Assembly (NCBI GenBank): GCA_037443425.1
Contig: JBBIOI010000003.1
Location: 43,807 to 75,806, forward strand
From: Deltaproteobacteria bacterium
GTDB lineage: Bacteria; Desulfobacterota; BSN033; UBA1163
DNA length: 32,000 bases
Reading direction: 5' to 3'
Of the stretch, positions 25,282-32,000 are shown in pieces (position 1 is the stretch's first letter; each line of letters starts with the position of its first letter). A model generated the notes under the pieces. It was given only the letters and a program-made list of their open reading frames with translations. It did no database searches and was not told the DNA's origin. The position numbers were made by a program, and so were the translations under genes.

Positions 25282-25806
25282 CTATTTTTTTATTGAAGAT
25301 TTTGATATTGAGCCTACAAAATTTAATATAAACTTAGATTCCTTGGCCTCCTGAATCTTATTTGGAGACTCAAAAGTTAAGGCAAAGGTTGGACAAACCC
25401 GCACGCATGCAGGTTCTAAACCAAATTCAACCCTTTCTGAACATAGATTGCATTTTTCCATCTTCCCATCGCTATTGAATCTTGGTATCCCAAAAGGACA
25501 GGAAATAGCACAACTGTGACATCCAATACATAATTCCCTGTTTACAACTACGGCTCCTGTCTCCACAGCTCTTGTAATAGCCCCTGTGGGGCAAGAAATA
25601 ATACAAGGACTGTCCTCACAATGCAAACAACCTGTCGAAATATATTTTATGTCTGCCTCTGGAAATTCACCATCCTCCACACGATAAATTCTTCTAAATG
25701 AAACCTGACCTTTTTCTGGATAAATATCATTTTGATCCATACAGGCTACAACACACGCACCACATCCTATACAGAGATCCATATTCAGGCAAATTGTCTT
25801 ATCCAT
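25282..25806 (-). CDS. 4Fe-4S ferredoxin-type electron-transfer (beta) subunit of a DMSO-reductase-family enzyme
   Basis: 174 aa from the ATG at 25806, with AGGAGG 7 nt upstream. The track's TTG at 25827 would overlap the alpha-subunit stop. Four Cys groups are present: CIGCGACVVAC, CLHCEDSPCIISCP, CIGCHSCAISCP, CNLC...CVRVCP. Confidence 0.85.
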   Translation of the reverse strand: MDKTICLNMDLCIGCGACVVACMDQNDIYPEKGQVSFRRIYRVEDGEFPEADIKYISTGCLHCEDSPCIISCPTGAITRAVETGAVVVNRELCIGCHSCAISCPFGIPRFNSDGKMEKCNLCSERVEFGLEPACVRVCPTFALTFESPNKIQEAKESKFILNFVGSISKSSIKK

Positions 25807-25823
25807 GGCTTGACCTCCTTTAG

Positions 25824-27971
25824 TCAAACTTTCTCAATCTTGCAAAGAGATGATTTGAAACCAGGGTATCCAGAAAGGGGATCCAGATAATCTGCCTCAA
25901 ACAGTGTATTAACATCTGCATCAGGATGACCATGATACATATGGATTACTCCTGGTTGTACCATCTGAGTAAGATTGGCTTTTACAACAATTGAATCTTT
26001 GGGTGTAGATATACGGATTAAATCATCCTGTCTTATTCCTAAAATAGAGGCATCTTCCGGATTGATATCAGCAGAAGGATGATTTGGTCGAAGGCTCTTA
26101 GTCCAGCTTAGACGAAATGTCCTCGTATGGATAAACATTGGGAGTCTTGACCCTGTATTTAGAATAAAGGGATAGGTCTGAGCAATCTCAGGTGTAGATT
26201 CTTTACTGTACTTCGGCGGTCTGTAAACAGGTATCGCTTCAAAACCCGCAGCACCCTCATACTTTTCAAGGATGGTAGATTTAAATTCCATCTTTCCACT
26301 TGGTGTTTTAAAACCACCGTCCAAATATTTTTTCTCTGAAATCTTCATTGGATTTGGAACAAACATACCACCTGGATACTTCTTAAGTTCAGCTACAGTA
26401 ATGCCACTTGGTTCAAGTATCCAGTCTAAAGAGGCCTCATATCCAGCCTTGAAAAGTGGATCCTCAAGTCCAAGTTTCTCTGCTAAACTATAAATGATAT
26501 CAACATCTGACCTCGAATCGTAAAGCGGGTTAATCGCAGGTTGGGTCAATATAACATAGCCCATTGGATAACAACGAAGTTCACTCCTTTCAACAGATGT
26601 GCACGCAGGAAGGACAATGTCTGCAAATTTACATGTATCTGTCATGAAGATATCGATATTGATAAAAATGTCCAATTTTTGTAAACTTTCTAAAAGACCT
26701 TTCGGGTCAGGCCACATCCTGTAATTCATACCAAAGCCAATGAGGGCCTTGAGTGGATATGGTTTTTCAGAACGAATCTGGAAGGGTATATACATGGCTT
26801 GTGCCTCTTCATCCACAACCTCATTCCATACAGGAAACCTATCTGACCCTATACGTGGAGCCATCTCGCTCCAGGGCCTTGGTTGAATAAATTCATGTTC
26901 ACGGGTAACAAATAAACCAGGTTGATGAATAAAACTCTCTGGTATTACAAGATTCCCTCCATATATATCATAATTACCCGTAAGCCCGATTAGAGAAAAT
27001 ACTGCACGATAGTTTTGGACACCATTGGTATGGTGTACAACAGGGGATGCAGAAGGCATTAAGACAGCCGGCTTTATGGAAGCATACATTCGAGCTGCTT
27101 TTATTATTTTATCAGCGGGCACCCCTGTTAATTGTTCTCCCTTTTGAGGTGTAAACTCACGGACATACTCTTTATACTCGTCAAACCCATAAGAATAGTT
27201 CGAGATGAAATGATAATCATAAAGTTTCTCATTTATTATTACGTTTGCCATTCCCAATGCAAGTGCCCCATCTGTCCCTGGCCTTACCTGGAGATGAAGG
27301 TCTGCGAGGGCAGTCGTGGGAGTTTGTCGGGGATCAACAACAATCAAAACCATTCCCCTTTCCTTAGCCTTTATAATAGCCCTTGCATTTCCAGGATTTG
27401 TATGAAATGGATTTGAACTCCATACAAGGAGACATTTAGTATTTTTAATATCAGGTCGGCCTGGTTTCCCAAAGGTCAGTTTTTGAGCCATTGCTGTTGC
27501 CTGATGGCAGGTACTTGACTCTGTGAGGTAATTTGGAGATCCAAAGGAATGGGCTAAACGCTTTAGATAAGGTCTAAAGTATTTTGTATATCCTGCAAAA
27601 AAAACAACTGATTCTGGCCCATATCTGTTTTTTATTTCATTAAATCTGGATGCAATTATGTCAATAGCTTCATCCCATGATATATGTTCAAATCGCCCTT
27701 CTCCTCTTTCTCCTATTCTTTTTAAAGGCGTCTTTAAACGATCTTCACTATATACATATTGACGCAGTGCCGCCCCTTTAGAACAAAGCGTCCCCATATT
27801 ATAAGGATGTTCTTTACTTCCTTCAACCTTAATGATTTTTCCATCTTTAATATAAAGATCGAGTCCACATTGTGTTGTGGGATCACAGATAGTACATATC
27901 GACTTTCTTATCTCAATACCTGTCTCAGGTGATGGAATCTTTCCTTTCAATAATTTTTCAACCTTTTTCAT
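25824..27971 (-). CDS. Molybdopterin (bis-MGD) oxidoreductase catalytic subunit, DMSO-reductase superfamily, cytoplasmic (no twin-arginine leader)
   Basis: 715 aa. N-terminal Fe-S motif CTICDPTTQCG...LCSKG, candidate Mo-ligand Cys in ESSTCHQATA, and MGD-binding segments (LLVWSSNP, VVDPRQT, and the C-terminal barrel IRISTPKDSIVVKA). There is no RR motif in MKKVEKLLKGKIPSPETG. Confidence 0.85.
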   Translation of the reverse strand: MKKVEKLLKGKIPSPETGIEIRKSICTICDPTTQCGLDLYIKDGKIIKVEGSKEHPYNMGTLCSKGAALRQYVYSEDRLKTPLKRIGERGEGRFEHISWDEAIDIIASRFNEIKNRYGPESVVFFAGYTKYFRPYLKRLAHSFGSPNYLTESSTCHQATAMAQKLTFGKPGRPDIKNTKCLLVWSSNPFHTNPGNARAIIKAKERGMVLIVVDPRQTPTTALADLHLQVRPGTDGALALGMANVIINEKLYDYHFISNYSYGFDEYKEYVREFTPQKGEQLTGVPADKIIKAARMYASIKPAVLMPSASPVVHHTNGVQNYRAVFSLIGLTGNYDIYGGNLVIPESFIHQPGLFVTREHEFIQPRPWSEMAPRIGSDRFPVWNEVVDEEAQAMYIPFQIRSEKPYPLKALIGFGMNYRMWPDPKGLLESLQKLDIFINIDIFMTDTCKFADIVLPACTSVERSELRCYPMGYVILTQPAINPLYDSRSDVDIIYSLAEKLGLEDPLFKAGYEASLDWILEPSGITVAELKKYPGGMFVPNPMKISEKKYLDGGFKTPSGKMEFKSTILEKYEGAAGFEAIPVYRPPKYSKESTPEIAQTYPFILNTGSRLPMFIHTRTFRLSWTKSLRPNHPSADINPEDASILGIRQDDLIRISTPKDSIVVKANLTQMVQPGVIHMYHGHPDADVNTLFEADYLDPLSGYPGFKSSLCKIEKV

Positions 27972-27972
27972 C

Positions 27973-29223
27973 CTATGCGAACCTCCCTAAATATATTTTT
28001 AGTAATTGCTCCTGAATCAACGATGCATTACCTGATAACAAATCCTTCTTTTGTATCAAGCCTTTTATCATGGTATTCTTTATTATTCCTGACTCCTGGT
28101 ATGAATCAAGAATATTAATTCCTGTAAGCAATTTATCCTTCCAGAAAAATTGAATAAATTGCCCTCCATTAGATCGTATTTCCATCCTGTCATAATAAAC
28201 TATATCCCCTATACTGACAAAATCCATTCCCAAAAAATGGGCAATATTATTAGGTATTACTGCTGGTAGGGGCTCAATCTTTCCCAGCATATTCTTTCCT
28301 GCTGTTCGACCTTGGTAACGTGCATTACTTAATAAACCTATAATCTGTGATTTTCCTCCTAAGAGGGTCTTTGCTTGAGAAACATCTCCTGCTGCATAGA
28401 TATCTTTACAGCTTGTTCTCGTATATTCATCAATCAGTATACCTCGGTCTATAGCTACCTTGTCATTAATAAAATCAGTATTTGGCTTTACTCCGATGCA
28501 GATTACTACCATATCTGTTTCAACTACACTCTTATCTTTTAAGTAGACCTTCAAGCCTCTACTGTTCTCCTTTATCTTCTCTATTTCAGTCCCGAGTCTA
28601 AGCCTTATATCTTTCTGTTCTAAACGTTCTTCAATAATCCTGGCGCATTCAGGGTGGGCATTTAAAGGAAAGATATGTCTGGCAATATCTAATAAATAAA
28701 CTTCCATCCCTCGGTTATATAGTACTTCGGCAATCTTAATCCCTATAAGTGAAGCTCCCACAACCAGAGCTTTTTGGGGGTTATTACTTAAAAAAATCTT
28801 CATTCGAATAGCATCTTCAACTGTTCTGACCTGGAAGATCCTTTCAGATTCGATACCTTTTACTGAAGGAATAACTGGACGGGCCCCTGTAGCAATCAGA
28901 CATCTATCGTATTTAAATTCCTTCCCTGAATGGGTATAAACAACCTTATCTTCAGGGTAGATGGCCACTACGGACGATCCAAAATATACATCGACCTTAT
29001 ATCTTTTATAAAAATCTTCTCCTCTTCCGTATGGAAACATTCCATCAAAATCAATCTTATCCGCGAGGTAATAGGTAATAAGCATAGGATTAAAAACAGA
29101 CCAATTATTCTCACTAAAAAGAAAGATCCTACCACTATATCCGTTTTCTCTTAATGCTTTAATACATTCAGCCGAAGCACATCCATTTCCAACGATGACA
29201 ATACTCTTAGGTTCTAAATCCAA
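27973..29223 (-). CDS. FAD-dependent pyridine nucleotide-disulfide-family NAD(P)H oxidoreductase (ferredoxin/rubredoxin reductase or NirB-N-terminal like)
   Basis: 416 aa. TTG start with GAGGT 7 nt upstream. FAD fold IVIVGNGCASAE, second dinucleotide fold ALVVGASLIGIKIAE, and AAGDV. Its stop is 1 nt from the alpha-subunit start. Confidence 0.8.
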   Translation of the reverse strand: MDLEPKSIVIVGNGCASAECIKALRENGYSGRIFLFSENNWSVFNPMLITYYLADKIDFDGMFPYGRGEDFYKRYKVDVYFGSSVVAIYPEDKVVYTHSGKEFKYDRCLIATGARPVIPSVKGIESERIFQVRTVEDAIRMKIFLSNNPQKALVVGASLIGIKIAEVLYNRGMEVYLLDIARHIFPLNAHPECARIIEERLEQKDIRLRLGTEIEKIKENSRGLKVYLKDKSVVETDMVVICIGVKPNTDFINDKVAIDRGILIDEYTRTSCKDIYAAGDVSQAKTLLGGKSQIIGLLSNARYQGRTAGKNMLGKIEPLPAVIPNNIAHFLGMDFVSIGDIVYYDRMEIRSNGGQFIQFFWKDKLLTGINILDSYQESGIIKNTMIKGLIQKKDLLSGNASLIQEQLLKIYLGRFA

Positions 29224-29244
29224 ACCGATTACCTCGTAGTTTCT

Positions 29245-29715
29245 TTATTCTCTTAAGGTAGCAATTAATCTTTTAGGTTTTAAAAAAAGGTCAAGGGCAT
29301 CAGAGATATTCTTCACTACAATATCTGCATTTTTAATTGCAGATATAGACAATCCCTCATCCCCTAAAACAGCAATACCGAGGGCAGACTCTTTTAAGAT
29401 AAGCTTATCATTATTTCCATTTCCTATCACAACTGTTTTTTCAAGGGGAAGTCCTTTTATAAATTCAAATTTTCCTTCTTCAGTTGAATCTCCCTCAATT
29501 TTTATAAGCTTGACCCTCAAACCCTTACATTCTTCAAAGGCTGTTCCATATATATCTGAAGTTAAAACATATATTTCAATCAATTCGGAAATCTTATTTA
29601 TCCTCTCTTTTACATCCATCGATACCTTCCCATCAACAGCAAGTGTACCATTTAAGTCAATCACCATATTTTCAATCTCCATATTCGCCCAGCCTGGGAT
29701 GTTTATATTGATCAT
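29245..29715 (-). CDS. HAD-fold protein of the soluble P-type-ATPase-like type (COG4087-like)
   Basis: 156 aa from the ATG at 29715, with AAGGAGGG 4 nt upstream. The track start at 29748 has no SD. Motifs: VIDLNGTLAVDG (DxxGT phosphorylation-type motif) and GNGNNDKLILKESALGIAV (GDGxND-like). Confidence 0.65.
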   Translation of the reverse strand: MININIPGWANMEIENMVIDLNGTLAVDGKVSMDVKERINKISELIEIYVLTSDIYGTAFEECKGLRVKLIKIEGDSTEEGKFEFIKGLPLEKTVVIGNGNNDKLILKESALGIAVLGDEGLSISAIKNADIVVKNISDALDLFLKPKRLIATLRE

Positions 29716-29763
29716 ATTTCCCTCCTTAAACATAAGCAATACACTCAATTTTATCCATCATAA

Positions 29764-29940
29764 TTATGTCCCTTCGCTTATGGCTTTTTCTGGACACTCC
29801 TCAATACATGTTCCGCAATCAACACATGTATCATCATCTACTACCGCTTTTCCATCTTCTACTTTAATCGCCTCAACAGGGCAGCTTTCCTCACACGTTC
29901 CACATCCAGTGCATTTTTCTAAGTCAACTATAACAGCCAT
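29764..29940 (-). CDS. 2x[4Fe-4S] ferredoxin, 58 aa (absent from the supplied ORF track because it is under 60 aa)
   Basis: Hand translation gives [58 protein letters not shown], then stop. It contains two CxxCxxCxxxCP motifs. AAGGAGG lies 5 nt upstream of the ATG at 29940. Confidence 0.8.
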   Translation of the reverse strand: MAVIVDLEKCTGCGTCEESCPVEAIKVEDGKAVVDDDTCVDCGTCIEECPEKAISEGT

Positions 29941-30119
29941 TTTTTCCTCCTTTTAAAAATTTTTGTTAATTATAAAACAGAAAATTCTATTTTTGTATCC
30001 TTTTGAGGCTTATTCGGTGGCCTTTAGAATTTTATTTAAAAAGATGTATATAGAGGTGGGTTCCCTGCCCTCCTGGTCCCAATAAGCCTTAGCCGTGTAT
30101 ATTCAATCCTATTTATAAA

Positions 30120-30257
30120 ATCTAAATTGAGCGATTTAAGTTAGTTATTGAGAGGCAAAGTCGAAACAATCTCTATTTTATGTTATTTTGGCACACACAC
30201 TTTGGGTGCTCGAAATGACTAATAATTGCTCTTAATAAAAACACGCTCAATTTAGAT
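30120..30257. mobile_element. MITE family B, copy 2
   Basis: 14-nt TIRs ATCTAAATTGAGCG (30120-30133) and CGCTCAATTTAGAT (30244-30257). The interior resembles copy 1 at 8132-8298 and has the same orientation. It lies directly downstream of tRNA-Lys. Confidence 0.6.
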
Positions 30258-30271
30258 AAAATTTCTTAAAG

Positions 30272-30344
30272 TGGGCCGTGCGGGACTCGAACCCACGACT
30301 CCCTGCTTAAAAGGCAGGTACTCTACCTCCTGAGTTAACGGCCC
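30272..30344 (-). tRNA. tRNA-Lys (anticodon UUU), 73 nt, no encoded CCA
   Basis: Hand-folded cloverleaf:
- acceptor GGGCCGT/ACGGCCC;
- D stem ACTC/GAGT;
- anticodon stem CCTGC/GCAGG with loop CTTTTAA;
- 5-nt variable loop;
- T stem GTGGG/CCCGC with loop TTCGAGT;
- discriminator A. Confidence 0.9.
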
Positions 30345-31068
30345 ATAACTTCCTTACCTCAAAATATCTATCCATAGGAAGATGCGCAAATAAAACTGCT
30401 CCCATACAAGGAACTACATATTTGATTGACCACTTCTCTCCAACAATATCGAAAAACTCCATACAAGAAGAACATACATGCAAACTATTAGAAATTGAGT
30501 ATGGAATCTTCATTCCATCCTGATAAATAAAAAATTTTGGATTAATAAAATTTGCATGATTTGCTGAATGATATATAAAGATCCTTTCAAAGTCAAAAAC
30601 CTCATTGAATTGAAGACGCTGAAACCATCTTCTGTAAAACTCTACCTCCTTGGGTTTAAACTCATCCCACTTATCGGGCTTTTTCCCCTGATATGTTTCA
30701 GATTCAATCAATGTCGTTATTTCATTAAATGAAGGTAAATAATCTGGTTTGAAGTCTGTTTCTTTGATTACGATTGGATCTCCTAAATAAAAATCCTCAA
30801 TAGGAAGGTTACTAATAATTAGAGTCAAGCCTACCTTCTCTGACTTCCAGTACCACGAAGTCCTTCTCTCACAAACACCATTCCATACTTCTGGAGTTAA
30901 ATAAGAAAGCTCTCTCGAGACTTTCAATGCATGGCAGGGGATCTGAACTTCTTCTCTTTGCTTAATATTATTAAGCTTACGAATCTTTTTAAAACCTTCT
31001 AACCTTTCCTTATCTACCCAATAACAAAATTTTTGATAGCCCATCTTCCCATCAAACCATCTATTCAT
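30307..31068 (-). CDS. Hypothetical protein, no family recognised; the 3' end overlaps tRNA-Lys
   Basis: 253-codon ORF with no obvious SD. Its C-terminal region has HVCSSC...VVPCMG Cys pairs. The last ~12 codons and the TAA stop lie inside the tRNA gene. Coding status is uncertain. Confidence 0.4.
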   Translation of the reverse strand: MNRWFDGKMGYQKFCYWVDKERLEGFKKIRKLNNIKQREEVQIPCHALKVSRELSYLTPEVWNGVCERRTSWYWKSEKVGLTLIISNLPIEDFYLGDPIVIKETDFKPDYLPSFNEITTLIESETYQGKKPDKWDEFKPKEVEFYRRWFQRLQFNEVFDFERIFIYHSANHANFINPKFFIYQDGMKIPYSISNSLHVCSSCMEFFDIVGEKWSIKYVVPCMGAVLFAHLPMDRYFEVRKLWAVNSGGRVPAF

Positions 31069-31148
31069 ATTCTAACCAAAGTTAGCACAAATTTAAATAA
31101 ATTAATCCCCCCTATCATAAACCAGGAATCTTGAATAACATTCCATAA

Positions 31149-31760
31149 TTATTTCTTTTGCTCCTCTTTTTCGAAACATGGAATACAAAGTGTCTTACCA
31201 TCCAATCTTCTTGTTCGAGATTCCATGGTCATCTCACCACATTGTTCACATTTAAGACTCTCTAAAATTCGAGCTGGCTTGGGAATTGGAAAAAAAGGTC
31301 TCCTGATATCAAACATCTCTTCCAATTCAACATCCATATATCTATCTATTAGTGACTTCCTCAATTCTTCAATCCGTTTCCTTTCTTTCTCTGTAATAAT
31401 CCCATCCTTTAATCTCTTGTTCAATCGACGAAGCTCGGCTGCTATCTTACCTGAAATATCTGGTCTCAGAATAGCTCTAAACCCCTTATTTTTATTACGA
31501 TCATAAAAATTGAATGCCATCTTTCCATAATCTTTATGAATGATATTTCCTTTACCAAAAGTACATCCAGTAATAAATTGAATGGCATCAACCCCACACA
31601 TATCCGTTTCAACTATGGCTATGAGATCTGCCTTATCAGGCGGTCCCAATCTTTTTATGGCAAGTTCTGCTACCCTCATCCCTATGGCAAGCCCTGGGCA
31701 AAAATGACCATGAAAAGATATTGTCTTTTTAATCAATTCTTTATCTAAATTCGTAGGCAT
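31149..31760 (-). CDS. FmdE/FwdE-family protein with C-terminal zinc ribbon
   Basis: 203 aa. FHGHFCPGLAIGMRVAE and ETDMCGVDAIQFITGCTFGKGN are FmdE-domain hallmarks. C-terminal CEQCGE...CIPC. Confidence 0.8.
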   Translation of the reverse strand: MPTNLDKELIKKTISFHGHFCPGLAIGMRVAELAIKRLGPPDKADLIAIVETDMCGVDAIQFITGCTFGKGNIIHKDYGKMAFNFYDRNKNKGFRAILRPDISGKIAAELRRLNKRLKDGIITEKERKRIEELRKSLIDRYMDVELEEMFDIRRPFFPIPKPARILESLKCEQCGEMTMESRTRRLDGKTLCIPCFEKEEQKK

Positions 31761-31793
31761 ATAATCCCATTTCTTCTATAATTAAATTGGGTA

Positions 31794-32000
31794 TCAATCA
31801 ATATTTAAAATCTTTATAGCCTCTTCAAAAAGCGCTTTTAATTTCTTTGATTCACTATGAAGCTTGAGCAGTATCTCTGAGAGGTCCTTCATCTCGCAAG
31901 AAGATACCCTTTCAGCCCAAATCTTATAACTCTCTGCATGCTCATCATTATGCTCCATCCAGTGAGGAATCAATTTCTTCAATTTTTCAATATCATCCAT
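31794..32000 (-). CDS. Small helical His-rich protein (HWMEHNDEH motif), function unknown; may extend beyond the right window edge
   Basis: 68 codons with the ATG exactly at the window edge, so the true start may lie upstream. The motif LIPHWMEHNDEHAESY suggests metal binding. It is co-directional with the FmdE-like gene, 33 nt away. Confidence 0.45.
   Translation of the reverse strand: MDDIEKLKKLIPHWMEHNDEHAESYKIWAERVSSCEMKDLSEILLKLHSESKKLKALFEEAIKILNID

Noticed and set aside
25824-27971. A possible selenoprotein (in-frame TGA / Sec) in the molybdoenzyme, thioredoxin-fold or TusA-like genes, given the selenium context.
   Set aside because: All of these ORFs are uninterrupted and carry Cys at the redox or ligand positions (STCHQ, WCGPC, CPxP). 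I saw no ORF pair split by a single in-frame TGA, and no tRNA-Sec, selA or selD in the window.
29941-30118. Calling the leader of the Mo-enzyme operon a Moco riboswitch.
   Set aside because: I cannot reproduce the Moco motif consensus reliably from memory, and the order of the conserved-looking blocks does not obviously fit. It is reported only as an unclassified structured island that needs a covariance-model search.

Overview
This is an AT-rich, densely coding bacterial chromosomal window. The gene content is that of an anaerobe; the lineage cannot be determined by eye. I found no rRNA, CRISPR array, transposase or integrase.

Gene layout:
- 1-457 (-): partial LysM protein.
- 0.9-5.1 kb (+): housekeeping genes (DUF1015, N6-adenine methyltransferase, polyprenyl synthase, thioredoxin, TlpA-like redoxin).
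- 5.1-14.1 kb (-): AmmeMemoRadiSam-type radical SAM enzyme, archaeal-type nicotinate phosphoribosyltransferase, TtcA-like PP-loop ATPase, endonuclease III-related protein, and a YbhGFSR-like HlyD plus 2 ATPase plus 2 ABC-2 permease exporter operon.
- 14.1-14.9 kb: non-coding stretch full of MITE/REP debris.
- 14.9-16.1 kb (+): ThiF/MoeB E1-like enzyme, a MoaD/ThiS-like protein ending in GG, and a zinc-ribbon protein that also ends in GG.
- 16.1-17.5 kb (-): COG2509-type FAD protein.
- 17.9-25.2 kb (+): the most interesting part, a single tightly packed operon.
- 25.3-29.9 kb (-): convergent operon for a cytoplasmic molybdopterin oxidoreductase with no Tat signal and no membrane anchor, together with a ferredoxin-type beta subunit, an FAD/NAD(P)H reductase, a HAD-fold protein and a 58-aa ferredoxin missing from the ORF track.
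- 30.1-32.0 kb (-): tRNA-Lys(UUU), an unknown 253-codon ORF that reads into the tRNA, an FmdE-family protein, and a small His-rich helical protein.

The 17.9-25.2 kb operon combines several selenium/sulfur trafficking families:
- a YedE permease and a TusA-like protein;
- a YeeE-like permease and a second TusA-like protein;
- YedF;
- a class-V cysteine desulfurase / selenocysteine lyase-like enzyme;
- DUF3343.

Embedded among these are a double-cubane-cluster-type reductase, its HgdC/BcrAD-type ATPase activator, and a decayed selB remnant. I propose this as a candidate, not previously described chalcogen import-reduction-relay system. That proposal is inference from gene context.

Two MITE-like families are visible: one with a terminal inverted repeat (TIR) of ATGAGACCTCTGAAAAA, the other with a TIR of ATCTAAATTGAGCG. 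All family assignments come from motif recognition by eye; no database search was run.
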